DNA of 64,000 bases, taken from positions 24,490,001 through 24,554,000 of the forward strand of contig NC_135901.1 of NCBI RefSeq assembly GCF_964194155.1, given 5' to 3'. The first letter of the stretch is position 1, and each line of letters begins with the position of its first letter. Made by a program: the position numbers and the translations under genes. The notes beneath the pieces were generated by a model. That model was not told where the DNA came from and did not search any database. It saw nothing but the letters and a program-made list of their open reading frames with translations. Source of the stretch: Cetorhinus maximus. Taxonomy: Eukaryota. Positions 11,293 to 23,559 of the stretch are shown piece after piece.

Positions 11293-11639
11293 ACATTTTC
11301 TCCTTTCTACCTCTAGAGGATTTAAGTTCTCCTACCTTCAGTTACTCTCATGGAAAAGTCCCAGCTCCCCATACCTTCCAGATTGTCTTTCTTAGCCTTG
11401 GAATCCAGGGAAGGCATCTGTAAAACACTCAGGATCACTAAACACAAAACTCAACCTGTTAATCAGTTTCAGCTCCTGAACTTGGTGTGTGTCCCACAGC
11501 ATCTCTCTCACCTTCGATGTGTGAATGGAGCATCACGTCTGCAAACCTGGCTAAAATTGAAATCCACTCAGTAAATGTATTTAATGAAACACTGTGGCTG
11601 ATGAGACAGTGTTAAGGTGCCAGTGTGCGGCTGTATTGC

Positions 11640-12110
11640 TGGGTCAGATGTAGCTCAGTGAGTAACACTCTCACCTCTCAAGCAGAAGGTTGTGGGGTCA
11701 AGTTCCACTTCAGCCACTCAGCACTAAAACTGAGGTTGACTCTCCAGTGCAGTACTGAGGGGGTGCCTCACTGTCAGAGATGCTGTCTTTCAACTGAGAA
11801 TATTACACCAAGGCCCGCATCTGGCTGCTCGGAAGGATGTAAAAGATCCACTGGCCTCTATTTTGAAGAAGAGTAGGGGAGTTATTCCTGATGTCCCAGC
11901 CAATATTCATCCCTCAGCCAATGTGACAAACACAGATGATCTGGTCATTATCATGTTGCTGTTTGTGGGAGCTTGCTATGTGCAAATTGATTGTGATGTG
12001 TTTCCTAAATTACAACAGTGACTGCACTTCAGAAGGATTTCCCTGATGTAAAGCACTTTGGGACACCCTGAGGTGGTGAAAGGTGCTACATAAATGCAAG
12101 TCTTTCTTTT
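11640..12110 (+). mobile_element. Deu-domain tRNA-SINE (SacSINE1/AmnSINE1-like)
   Basis: tRNA-like head, Deu-like core (GGATGTAAAAGATCC...GAAGAAGAG...GCCAATATT...TGTGGGAGCTTGCT), tail GAAAGGTGCTACATAAATGCAAGTC. Confidence 0.8.
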
Positions 12111-12814
12111 CTCTGTGTTTTACCTGAAATGGAAAATGCCTGAACCTTTGTCCCAGTGGAACCTTTGCTGTTATGAAATGTGGGTGAATATTAATGAGCC
12201 TCACATCCTTGGTGATGTCTGCTGCAATTGTGTAGAAAGGGGATGTGTAAAGAGCTGGTCTTTGTATGGCGATGTGAACCAAGGAAACGGTATCTGTGTG
12301 TGATAGTGACACAGCCTTGTGCTCACACTCAGAGCAATGCACAGATATCCTTGTGGTTACGGTTTGAGCAGAGTCATCATGAATGTAGTGAACAAGTTAA
12401 ATATAACTATCTCCAGTGTAGCGCAGCTTGTTAGATCAGAGGTGGGGAGAATGGGGCAAATGAAATTGAACACAGATAAATCTGAGGTAGCAGATTTTGG
12501 TCAGAAGTATAAGCAGGTCACTTATTAGTTGGAAGATCTGAGTCTGGGTGGGGTAGAGGAACAAAGAGATCTTCAAGTATAAATACAGCAATCAGAGCAA
12601 GACCATAAAAAGAGAAAACCAAGTACTAGGTTTTATTTCGCAAGGAATGGAATTGGAAAGTTGGGAGGTTCTGCTAAGGCTGTCTGGAACCTTGGTTAGA
12701 CCACACTTGAGAATAAAGAGTGTAATCTGGTCACCATTTTATAAAAAAGGAGAGAGAGAAACTGGCAAGGGAGCAGAGAAGATTTACGAGGATGACTACT
12801 GAAATACATATGAA

Positions 12815-13925
12815 TCAGAATCATAGTGCAGAAGATGCCCTACGGCCTATCGAGTCTGCACCAACACGTGAGAAACACCTGACCTACCTACCTACCTAAT
12901 CCCATTTACCAGCACTTGGTCTATAGCCTTGAATGTCATGACGTACCAAGTGCTCATGCAGGTACTTTTTAAAGGATGTGAGGCAACCCGCCTCCACCAG
13001 CCTCCCAGGCAGTGCATTTCAGACCATCACCACCCTCTGGGTAAAAAAGTTTTGTCTCACATCCACCCTAAACCTCCTGCCCCTCACCTTGAACTTATGC
13101 CCCCTCGTGACTGACCCTTCAACTAAGTGGGATAGCTGCTTCCTATCCACCCTGTCCATGCCCCTCATAATCTTGTGCACCTCCATCAGGTCCCCCCCTC
13201 AGTCTTCTCTGCTCCAACGAAAACAACCTAAGTCTGTCCAACCTCTCTTCATAACTTAAATGTTTCATCCCAGGCAACATCCTGGTGAATCTCCTCTGCA
13301 CCCTCTCCAGAGCAATCACATCCTTCCTATAATGTGGCCACCAGAACTGCACACAGTACTCCAGCTGTGGCCTCCTTGTTAAATTACTCCTTCCAAAGTG
13401 TATCACCTCACACTTTTCAGGGTTAAATTCCATCTGCCACTTATCTGCCCATCCTGTCTATATCTTCCTGTAGCCCAAGACACTCAACCTCACTGTTAAT
13501 CACCCGGCCAAGCTTTGTGTCATCCGCAAACTTACTAATCCTACCCCCCATGTAGTCATCTATGTCGTTTATATAAATGATGAATAATAGGGGACCCAGC
13601 ACAGATCCCTGTGATACGCCACTGGACACTGGCTTCCAGTCACGAAAGCAACCTTCTGTCATCATCCTCTGTCTCCTACAACTAAGCCCATTTTGAATCC
13701 ACCTTATCAAATTACCCTGTATCCCATGTGCATTTGCCTTCTTTATAAGTCTCCCATGTGGGACCTTGTCAAAGGATTTACTGAAATCTATATAAACTAC
13801 ATAAACTGCACTACCCTCATCTACACACCTGGTCATCACCTCAAAACTTTCAATCAAATTTGTTAGGCATGACTTCCCTCTGACAAAGCCATGCTGACTG
13901 TCTCTGATCAAACCTTGTCTGATCA
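12815..13925 (-). mobile_element. CR1 LINE RT and 3' tail
   Basis: ORFs 13441-13911 (QHGF, DFSKSFDKV, QGSVLGP, KFADDTK) and 13143-13433. Confidence 0.95.
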
Positions 13926-14259
13926 GGACCTGAATTACTATTTGAAGCTTAATTAGTGTGAGTCATCTCAGCTCACCTTATCTCTATTTAAGAAAGGGAC
14001 TATTAGAAGCACACGAGCAGGGGAGAGACCTCATCCTGAGTGAGACACAGCTAGAGTGAGTGTGGGTCTTGGCAATTTGCTGCACAGTAGGAATTGAACT
14101 GGCAAGTCTTTCTCTTTAATTTCTCTGAGTCCAGTAGTCTAGTTAAAAGGTTGCTAAGGCAGCTGACTCACCTGACTGTGTGACAGTTAACTATCAATCA
14201 CCTGAAGCCTGATTAGGCCTGAATAGGTGTTGATTACTATTTGAAGCTATATTCAAGAC

Positions 14260-15330
14260 ATTACTGCAGTCGATCCTCTCTGATTATCACCAGACTTGAC
14301 CATGATTCTATTTATATTGTACATGACTCTGTTATTTGTGCCCTTTGATGCTGTCTCAGTTGTTACAAACTAGACCATGTTTCTGTTTATGTTTCATTAG
14401 ACCGTCTCAGTTATTTGACCATGTCTCTAATTATATCCACCTGTATTACATGAGGCCCTGTACTAGTAACATTACTAACAATTCGAAAGTACTTAATTAG
14501 GTGTAAAGTTTTTTGACACATTTGGTGATCATGAAATGAGCTATATAAATGCAAATATTTCTTAATATTATTTTGAACTGTACTAGACCCTGTCCCGGTT
14601 TATAGTACACTAGACCCTGTCCCTGTTTATACTCTTTCAAGTTATCAACAGTCACAGATTGCAACTCTTTGAGTACAATCACAGTTCTTGGTTTTCCAGG
14701 AGTGGGACATGAACCCACAGATTCAAAGGCGAGGGTGCTATGAACTGAGCCACAGCTGACACCTCTAAAGATACAGGGATACTCTTTCCAGTTATCAACA
14801 GTCATAGATTGCAACTCTTTTGAGTACAATCACAGTTCTTGGTTTCCGGGAGTGGGACATGAACCCACAACCCTCTGATTCAAAGGCGAGGGTGCTATGA
14901 ACTGAGCCACAGCACTCGGCTCTGTTTTTTTTTAACTTACCTTGGCCATGGCTCAGTTATTGCCACATAAGACCAGGCCACTATTTGGACTACACTAGGC
15001 CCTGTCAAAGCAGCTACTGCAGTCAACTGCGCCACTGTAATTTGGGCCCTCTGTCTGTTACATTACAGTGGGCTATATCACAATATATCTTCGTTATTAT
15101 GGCACTAGAGTCAGACCATGTCTTGCTTAATATTCCATTAGGCACCATCCTTTTCATTATTGCACTAGGTCCGGTCTTGGATTATTTTACTCCTCCTGCT
15201 GCATTAGTAATCACTGCACTAGACCCTGCCACAGTTGAGATTAATCTGGGCCCTGTCTCAGTCATCCCTACACTAAACCCTGTTTCAGTTTATATTAATC
15301 TAGGCCCTGTATCAATAATCAATTGCAGGG
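14260..15330 (+). repeat. Degenerate ~33-bp minisatellite (CTAGACCCTGTCTCAGTTATT-like), interrupted
   Basis: Recurring CTAG(A/G)CCCTGT..CAGTT units at about 14370-14620 and 14990-15320. Confidence 0.6.
14625..14915 (-). repeat. Tandem duplication (~150 bp x2) containing a SINE tRNA head
   Basis: ATACTCTTTC...TGAACTGAGCCACAGC repeated at about 14630-14757 and 14779-14913. Confidence 0.85.
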
Positions 15331-15419
15331 TTATGGAGAAAAGGCGGGAGAGTGTGATTAGCTAAGTGATTCTCGCAGATAAGACAGGCCAGTTGTCCTT
15401 CTCTGGTGGAACCATTGTT

Positions 15420-15800
15420 TGATTCTTATGCTAATGGCGGCCGCGGTTCCCACAATCCATCTCGCTCCAGAAACAGCTCTATTCAACTCGCACCTTTCCC
15501 CAGGCGCTGAGAGTGCGCATGCTCCCCAGGGCCAGCCGCGGGGCATTCTGGGCGGTTCCTTTGTTGTGAGTCGGACTCGGTGGAAACGGGAGAAGAAACC
15601 GGGAAGCGGCGGCGAGGATGGGGGAGGCGCTGCAGCATCGCTTTAATGGGCAGCCCCGACCCCCAGTCCCCCAGCCCGGGGAGATCACCGCACGGCCGCC
15701 GGGCCCGGCCGCTCTCATTCGGCCTCTGAGAGCCGCACTCGCTGTTCTTGAGGCTGCGCTCGCCCCCCGCTCAGTTTCTCCATTGAATCCTGTTTCTCTC
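15420..15800 (+). promoter_or_regulatory. CpG-island promoter/first exon of the 16565 ZNF
   Basis: High CpG; ATGGCGGCCGC 15434; TGCGCATGCTC 15513; candidate donor GTGAGT 15566. Confidence 0.65.
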
Positions 15801-16564
15801 CTTGTTTTTCCCAACTCAGATTCACCGCCTCATTTTCTTTTCTTCCTCTGAGCCCCTGAACTCCATCTGACAGGGTCATGTTGGAGAGCGGGCATTGACT
15901 GTCCTGGGAAACAACAGCAAGAGGAGCTCAGAGGCCGGAGAAGCAAAGGGAGCAGCAAGTTCAGTCACCAATCGGGGGGGATTGAGGACTGGACCCTGAG
16001 TCAGTCAGTCAGGGGAGTCAGAGTGAACCCCTGGGGAATCATTCATCTCTGAAAAATTAGATGAGTATCTCTTTTATCAACAATACAATTTAACATTTAT
16101 CAATTTATTTTTTTTGTATTCTTTGTTATCTCAAACCCAGGACATCGCTGCAGGAATTCCTCAGGACAGTATCCTGGGCCCAACCATCTTCAGCTGCTTT
16201 ATCAATAACCTTTTTTCCATCATAAGTCAGACTTGGGAATATATTGCGGTTCCTTCATTGTCGCTGGGTCGAAATCCTGGAACTCCCTTCCTAACAGCGC
16301 CGACACCACATGGACTACAGCAGTTCAAGGAAGTGAACAGGAAGATTTGCTGACAGGAAACTCAAACCAAATATCACGTCAAAATCTGACAGATTCACTC
16401 AATACATCGTGTGCTGGATATCACTGAACCTTTAATGTAGAAGGAGAAATGTTTTAACCAATTGCACACCCTGAAAAAACATCTAATCATTCACAGCGGG
16501 GATAAACTGTGTACGAGGTTTGATCTGACCATCCAACATGGACAGCCACAAGGACACCGGCACC

Positions 16565-17407
16565 ATGGAGAAACCGTGGAAATGTGGGGATTGTGGGAAG
16601 GGATTTGGTTCCCCATCAAAACTGGAAATTCATCAACGCAGCCACACTGGGGAGAGGCCATTCACCTGCTCCGTGTGTGGGAAGGGATTCACTAATTCAT
16701 CCAACCTGATGAGACACCAGCACATTCACACTGAGCAGAGTTCAGTCATCTGCTCCGTGTGTGGGAAGGCAATCGGTCATTCATCAAACTTTCAGAGGCA
16801 CCAGCAAACTCACAGTGGAGAGAGGCCATTCACCTGCTCCGTGTGTGGGAAGGGATTCACTCAGTCATCCTACCTGCTGACACACCAGCGCATTCACACG
16901 AGGAAGAGTCCGTTCATCTGTTCCTTGTGTGGAGAGGAATTTAATCGATTATCCAGACTTCTGAATCACCAGAGAATTCATACTGGGGAAAGTCCATACA
17001 CCTGCTTTATCTGTGGCAAGGGATTTAATCGACCATCCAAACTACTGACGCACCAGCGAATTCACACTGGGGAGAGGCCATTCACCTGCTCCATGTGTGG
17101 GAAGGGATACACCAATTCATCTGACCTGTTGACACATCAGCGAGTTCACACTGGCGAGAGGCCATTCACATGTTCCATGTGTGGAAGGGGATTCATTCGG
17201 TCATCCCACCTTCTGACACATCAACTTGTTCATACTGATCAGAGACCTTTTAAATGTTCTGAGTGTGAGAAGACATTTAAAAGTAAAAAGGATCTGCTGA
17301 CACACCAGCGAGTTCACACTGGGGAGAGGCCATTCACCTGCTCCGTATGTGGGAAGGGATTCACTCAGTCATCCACTCTGCTGACACATCAGCGAGTTCA
17401 CAAGTGA
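16565..17407 (+). CDS. C2H2 zinc-finger protein, 10 fingers, intact
   Basis: Kozak CACCATGG, MEKPWKC...; 10 CxxC...HxxxH units with TGERP linkers; ends HK-TGA. An alternative in-frame ATG lies at 16538. Confidence 0.9.
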   Translation: MEKPWKCGDCGKGFGSPSKLEIHQRSHTGERPFTCSVCGKGFTNSSNLMRHQHIHTEQSSVICSVCGKAIGHSSNFQRHQQTHSGERPFTCSVCGKGFTQSSYLLTHQRIHTRKSPFICSLCGEEFNRLSRLLNHQRIHTGESPYTCFICGKGFNRPSKLLTHQRIHTGERPFTCSMCGKGYTNSSDLLTHQRVHTGERPFTCSMCGRGFIRSSHLLTHQLVHTDQRPFKCSECEKTFKSKKDLLTHQRVHTGERPFTCSVCGKGFTQSSTLLTHQRVHK

Positions 17408-17549
17408 CTATGGGGATTGAAATCTGTGGTTACTGTTGCTGTTAATCTGTTCAGGATTGAATTATTTCATTCTGACAGCTGGAGTTTGTTTCTGCTGAAA
17501 TATAATTGTGCAAAGATGGGTGGCAGCTCAGAAGACTGGATAGAATTTA

Positions 17550-19385
17550 AAAAAAGAAAAGAATGATTGAAAGATTAATAAAGAGAGAAAAAGTCGAGTA
17601 TGAGAGAAAGCGAGGTAGAAATATAAAGACAGATAGTAAAAGTAAATATTGATATTTAAAAATGAAAAGAGTTAACAAAGTGGGGGTTGCTCCTATAGAA
17701 AGTGAATCTGGGGAGTTAATAATGGAAAATAAGGAGATGGCAGATGAATTGAACAGATATTTTGCATTGTCTTCACTATGGAGGATACAAGTAACATGCC
17801 AGGAATGGCTATAAATCAGGAATTGGAAGGGAGGGAGGAACTCAAGAAAATTACAATCACCAGGGAAGTGGTACTGAGCAAATTGTTGGAGCTGCGGGCT
17901 GACAAGTCCCCCTGTCCTGATGGATTTCATCCTCGGGTCTTAAAAGAAGTGGCTAGTGAGATAGTTGATGCATTGGATTTAATTTTCCAAAATTCGCTAG
18001 ATTTGGGGAAGGATAGGAAAATCAGATAGGAAAATAGGAAATGTAACTCTTTTATTCAAAAAGGGAGGGAAACAGAGAGCAGGAAACTATAGGCCAGTTA
18101 GCTTAACATCTGTCATAGGGAAAATGTTAGAAGCGTTATTACAGGGCACTTAGATCACTTCAAGTTTAATCAGGCAGAGTCAACAAGGTTTTGTGAGAGG
18201 GAAATCATGCTTAACCAATTTATTGGGGCTCTTTGAAGAAGTAATAGGTGCTGTGGATAAAGGAGAACAAATGAAATCTCATGGTGTAGGGGGTAACATA
18301 TTGACATGAATAGAAGATTAGCTAGCTAACAGGAAGCAGAGAGTAGACATAAATGAGTCTTTTTCTGTTTAGCAGGATGTGATGAGTGGTGTGCCACAAG
18401 GATCAGTGCTGGAACCTCAACTCTTTATAATTTATATAAATGATTTGAATGAAGGAACCAGTGGTGTGATTGCTAAATTTGCTGATGACACATAGGTAGG
18501 AAAGTAAATTGTGAAGAGGACATAAGGAGGCTACAAAAGGATACAAATAGGTTAGGTGAGTGGGCAAAAATCTGGCAAATGGAGTATAATGTGGGAAAAT
18601 GTGACATTGTCCATGTTGGCAGGACGAATAAAAAAGAAGCATATTATTTAAATGGTGAGAGATTGCAGAGCTCTGAGATGCAGAGGGATCTGGGTGTCCT
18701 AGTGCATGAATCACAAAAGGTTAGTGTGCAGGTACAGCAAGTAATTAGTAAAGCTGAAAGAATGTTATCTTTCATTGCAAGGGAAATTGAATACAAGAGT
18801 AGGGAGGTTATGCTTCAGTTATACAGGGCACTGGTGAGCCCACATCTGGAGTACTATGTGTAGTATTGGTCTCCTTATTTAAGGAAAGATGTAAATGCAT
18901 TGGAAACAGTTCAGAGAAGGTTTAGTTGATCAATACCAGGAATGGGCAGGTTGTCTTATGAGGAAAGGTTGGACAGACTAGGCTTGTATCTGCTGGAGTT
19001 TAGAAGGGTAGGAGGCAACTTTATTGAAACACATTGAGGGGTCTTGTCAAGGTGGATGTGGAAAGGATGTTTTCTCTTGAGAGAATCTTGAACTAGGGGC
19101 CACTGATTAAGGGGTGGCCCATTTAAGTCAGAGATGAGGAATTATTTTTTCTCTCATAGTGAGACTTTGGAATTCTCTTCCTCAAAAGGCAGTTGAGACA
19201 GAATCTTTGAATATATTTAAGGCAGAGGTAGATGGATTCTTGATAAGCAAGGGGGTGAAAGGTTATCAGGGTCGGCAGGAATGTGTAGTTGAGATTACAA
19301 TCAGATCAGCCATGATCTTATTGAATAGCGGACCAAGCCCGAGGGGCCGAGTGGCCTACTCCTGCTCCTAATTCGTATGTTCGTA
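17550..19385 (+). mobile_element. CR1 LINE (decayed RT to 3' tail) inserted in the ZNF 3' region
   Basis: KSPCPDGFHPRVLKE, NYRPVSLTS, KFADD, LYRALVSPHLEY fragments; CR1 tail near 19340. Confidence 0.95.
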
Positions 19386-19489
19386 TATAAGTTGATAAAC
19401 CATATCAATGGGCTGTTGTTTAATATTCTGGATAAATGTCACATAGCATGTCAAACTTTGTTTTTCACACATTGTTGTACAATTTTGTC

Positions 19490-20300
19490 TTTCCCACCTG
19501 AGTGTTTAACATCACCTGGCTGGAGCTCAGAAAAGACAATCTGGGGGCGGATCATATGGCAGGAATGGAACTTCAGCCTGGACGCAGTCCTTCAGGGTCA
19601 TACTGAGAGGGACAAATGACACTTTGGTCTTTCTCATATTTCTTCACTGACAGCAAAACCCACATGTGGATTAATGCTGAGGTTTGAGAAATGTGTCACA
19701 GCCACTTCTATGCAGTACATGCAGCCTAAAGATGACCAAGGTCAGGCTGTGTGGAGTCCAAGGCCACATAGCAAAATGGATGGAAAAGTACAAACTCCCT
19801 GTAAATTTAACCCTCCGATTTCTGTTTTGTAACCATCATGTTTCAAAGCTGCTAGGCAGAGAGCAGAAGGCTCCTTTACAACTGTGGTTGTACAACCTGA
19901 GTCAGGCAGTCTGGAAACGTGCTGTTAAATCAGAGATTGGTGTAAAACTGTGCTCTGTTCCTGACTGAAACTGAAATGGCAGGAATAAATCTCCAGTTTA
20001 AAAATGACTGTGGTGATTATTCTGTGAAGTTTTTAAGATTTATTGGTGACAGTCCTGAGTCCACTACTTTAAGCCAATGTCAACAACAACTTGTATTGAC
20101 ATAGCACCTTTAACATAGTAAAACGTAGCTAAAAATAAAGTGTAAAGTTTGTCTTAAAATAACACAAGGAGGAATTCACAGGATCCTTTTAACTCCTGGG
20201 ACAATTATACAACAGACATTTGATCTCCAGATGAAGAAGGACCTACACCATGTTTCCAAGAATTCCCTGCTATATTGGTGTGTGTGTGTTAGATCCCAGG
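19490..20300 (+). repeat. Paralogous ZNF downstream segment (also 57070-57720 minus, partly 51060-51190 minus)
   Basis: Colinear blocks such as TGTTTAACATCACCTGGCTGGAG, CAGTCCTTCAGGGTCA, GGTGTAAAACTG and GGAGGA(A/G)TTCACAGGA. Confidence 0.85.
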
Positions 20301-22243
20301 ATTTTGTTGCAGTCTTCCTCCAGTATTAACTGTACTTCCCAATTTGGGAATCAATTAATTCATAAATAAATCAGTTCATCACTTCCTCATGTCATTGTAC
20401 ACTCTGCTACTGAATTAAAGATTTAATGAACTGTACAACAAAGTTTTGTTAATTGGGAATTCTTATCTGTGATTTACTGTAATTCTGCTCCCAAATTTTA
20501 AAATTGGGTTTCTGATTTCTGAGTCCAAATCGTTTGTATAAATTTGAATAACAGTGGTTCCAGCATTGCTCCCTGTGGAACATCAATTCCCACCTTTTAC
20601 CAGTCTGAGTCGCTACTCTTAACCTCTTCTCTGTTTTCTGTTTTGTAACCCGCTTGTTATCCATAACAGTGTGTACAAGGTGACCAAGATCAGGCTGTGT
20701 GGAGTGAAGGGCCAGGCAGCAGATGGATGGAAAGATGGCTACAAAACCGAAATCAAAAGGTTAGATTTACAGGGAGTTTGGAGCCATCTTTTCATCCATT
20801 CTGCTCTGTAGCCTGACCTTCACCGAGATCATCAATATAAGGGGAATTATCCATAATACCAATAGGAAAGTAGGGGCTGCAATTATGCAAAGATGTTCTG
20901 TATTGTCTAAAATCTCCTACCAGGGCTGATCACCAGAGTGGCCATAGACCACCTAATGTCTATTGGTGGCTTAACTTTTTGTCATTGTGTCTATTCAAGA
21001 TGTTGTCCATTATAGATTAAGGTTTAGAGAAAGTGCTGGAATTAGATAGTCAAAACTGCTTTGAGTCCCTGGAGGGCGATGTTTACTTGAATTTCTATAA
21101 CTTTTTGGACCTTACAGACACTGATACTTTATCACCAGTCTTAGTCAGTAGTCGGGTCGGCGGTGTGAGGCATAACCTGGTCCACCTGATCGATAGGAAG
21201 TGTATCCGTGTGGGTTTGTGTGTGTGTGTTGTGTCAAACCAAGTGGAAGGTCCCATGTCCTTTGTAACAACATGAAGAATCTTTTTTTTTCAAGATCCCT
21301 TCCTTTCCCCTCACTATTATCCTCAGTTCAGAAAACCCTTGTGTACATCATCCTCCAGCATGCTACTGTCTCCACTAAATACTTCCATCGGTCTTACTAA
21401 CAGATAGGAATGGGATCACTGATATCACAGGAATAATTTCTGAAATGCTGTCATTCTGATTTTAAAGCTTCCTGGAGTAAGACATTGATCCAGACCTTCC
21501 CACCTAACACCAATCTTTATCCCCATCTGAGTTCCAGATTTTAATGCGATTGTCCCATATGTTTAGCATCTGTCCATCTGTGAGAAATGATGGGATTGCA
21601 GCCTCAGAACTTTGGTGAGATCAGATGAGACGATCTGCTGCACTTCATCTGATGGCTGAACAAGCAGATTCTGTAAAGGCAAAAGTGCCTCGTATGAAGG
21701 TTTTCCTTACTTGTGTTGCGGGATGATCTCTGCTGACACCTTGTTTGTCTGTGTTGGAGTTTCTGAAATGACATGTTGCTGTGGTGGTGAACTGGCCACA
21801 GCTGGTGTTTCCAATTGCATCAATCACCAATTAGCTTCCCACTTGTCATGATTAATGTCGAGGGCTTTCATGTCTCACCTTTGAAGCTTTGAATGTGATT
21901 GTGCAATATAGAAAACATGTTTAACCTCTTTAAACCTGGTCAGCATATCCCCTCCAAACACGTTACAACAAATTGTCTTTGAGATCAGCTTTTCCTTTAC
22001 ATTCTGTGTTGTTCTGAATGATGACAATATTAACCTTCTCCCTGAACTGACCTGACCCTTCTGCCAGTTCATTTATTGGAACCAAGGACTCCCCTTGTTC
22101 TAATGGTGACATTCCCTGTCTGTCCAGTTATTCCTTTAAGTTTGTACCTTGTTTCACCACGTTCCCACATTTCAGTAACAAATGTTGAAATATTTGCTCC
22201 ACACCCACAGGGTTTCATCTGTTTAAAGCCACAAGCACAAAGT

Positions 22244-22471
22244 TCCAAAACAGAAACAGAAATACCTGGAAAAACTCAACAGGTCTGGCAGCATCGGCAG
22301 AGAAGAGCACAGTTGACGTTTCGAGTCCTCATGACCCTGTTCTGTTGAAGGGTCATGAGGGCTTGAAACGTCAACTTTGTTCTTCTCCGCCGATGCTGCC
22401 AGACCTGCTGAGTTTTTCCAGGTATTTCTGTTTTTGTTTTGGATTTCCAGCATCCGCAGTTTTTTGTTTTT
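22244..22471. mobile_element. Inverted pair of Penelope pLTRs (palindrome)
   Basis: Arms of ~95 bp (22244-22338 and 22349-22443) are near-perfect reverse complements; each carries GAAACGTC. Confidence 0.85.
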
Positions 22472-22539
22472 ATCTCAACAGAAAGGTCCAGTTTTCTCCA
22501 GGAGTTTGAGGCAAACCAGCTTTCAAAATGATGCAGAGT

Positions 22540-23105
22540 TTCAGCCAATGAGGGAGATCCTGATTCAGCCCCGCCCCTCATTCACTCCAATTGGCTGGAG
22601 GGCCAGCCTCTCCCCTTTGGTCCTGCAGTCCTGCCCCCTCTTCCTATTGGTCCAGAGCTGCCGTCAATCACCCGGGCAGTACGTCTGGAGCATGCGCAGT
22701 GTGGTTGCTGGAGCTGGACATCAGTGCGCAGGTGCAATCCCGCCTCGATTTTGGAGCATGCGCAATGTGAGTTGTGAAGGAAAGCTGCTTGTTTGTCAGG
22801 TCTACAGCCGGTAAGATTAAGGGCGGAATTGAGGGAGAGATGCAGCCGGCGGGTGGATAGGCAGGCTTCGTAAACACCTTGAGCCGTTCTGAAGCCAGAA
22901 TAACAAGCTACCGGTTCCTCGCTGGTACCTGTGGGCGGCAGTTGCCCCGATCCGCGTTCCTCGGTGAGAGACCCGGATTAATGGCCGCCATCTTGTGCTG
23001 CAGGGCGCATGCGCGGAGATCCCTGTCCCTGTCAACAGGAGGAGAGAATATTGTGCATTTCTATCCTGGACTGACAGGGATGGATTTTGGAAACTATCTT
23101 TACAG
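22540..23105 (+). promoter_or_regulatory. ZNF promoter/first-intron cassette 3 (CCAAT/GC-box type)
   Basis: CCAAT and GC boxes 22545-22650; NRF1-like GCATGCGCA; donor CCG|GTAAGA 22811; YY1 22983-22994; acceptor ending 23105. Confidence 0.75.
23025..23081 (+). ncRNA. Conserved intronic hairpin copy C
   Basis: GTCCCTGTCAACAGGAGGAGAGAATATTGTGCATTTCTATCCTGGACTGACAGGGAT. Confidence 0.5.
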
Positions 23106-23559
23106 TGGGTTAGAAGAGGAGGATTTATACACAGCAAACTAAAATCAAGAGAAATGTTTGTCCCTTCTCAGTTTCCATCCTGGAAATATAGTGATGGTTA
23201 TTGTAAACTTACAGGACACTGGAAGTGGAGGATTGACAGACGGGAATCTCAAACCAAACATCTGACAGAGTCATTCGATTAATCAGAATCTGAATATCAC
23301 CAAAGTTTGAATGTAGAAGTGAAACAGCTTGTCTGTAGGCAAAGATTTCAGGTAAGCATGAGAATAATGAACTCCAGTGGGGTAAGAATGGATCTGACCC
23401 AGTTAAGTTGGAAACAAAGGTGAAACTGGAACTGAAAAATCGGCTGCTTTGAAAAAAGAGATAGTTTGGACACACGAGGCAAAAGATAGGGGAAAGAAAT
23501 CCAGAGCTCTCACAATGACAAAAACAACAAAGATTAAGATGAAGAAGAAGATGATGATG

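Noticed and set aside
11640-11715. tRNA genes at SINE heads (also 14700-14760, 52870-52925)
   Set aside because: They continue into SINE bodies and lack a cloverleaf.
16565-17407. 84-bp periodic repeats as a CRISPR-like array
   Set aside because: They are C2H2 linker codons in a eukaryotic gene; no cas genes.
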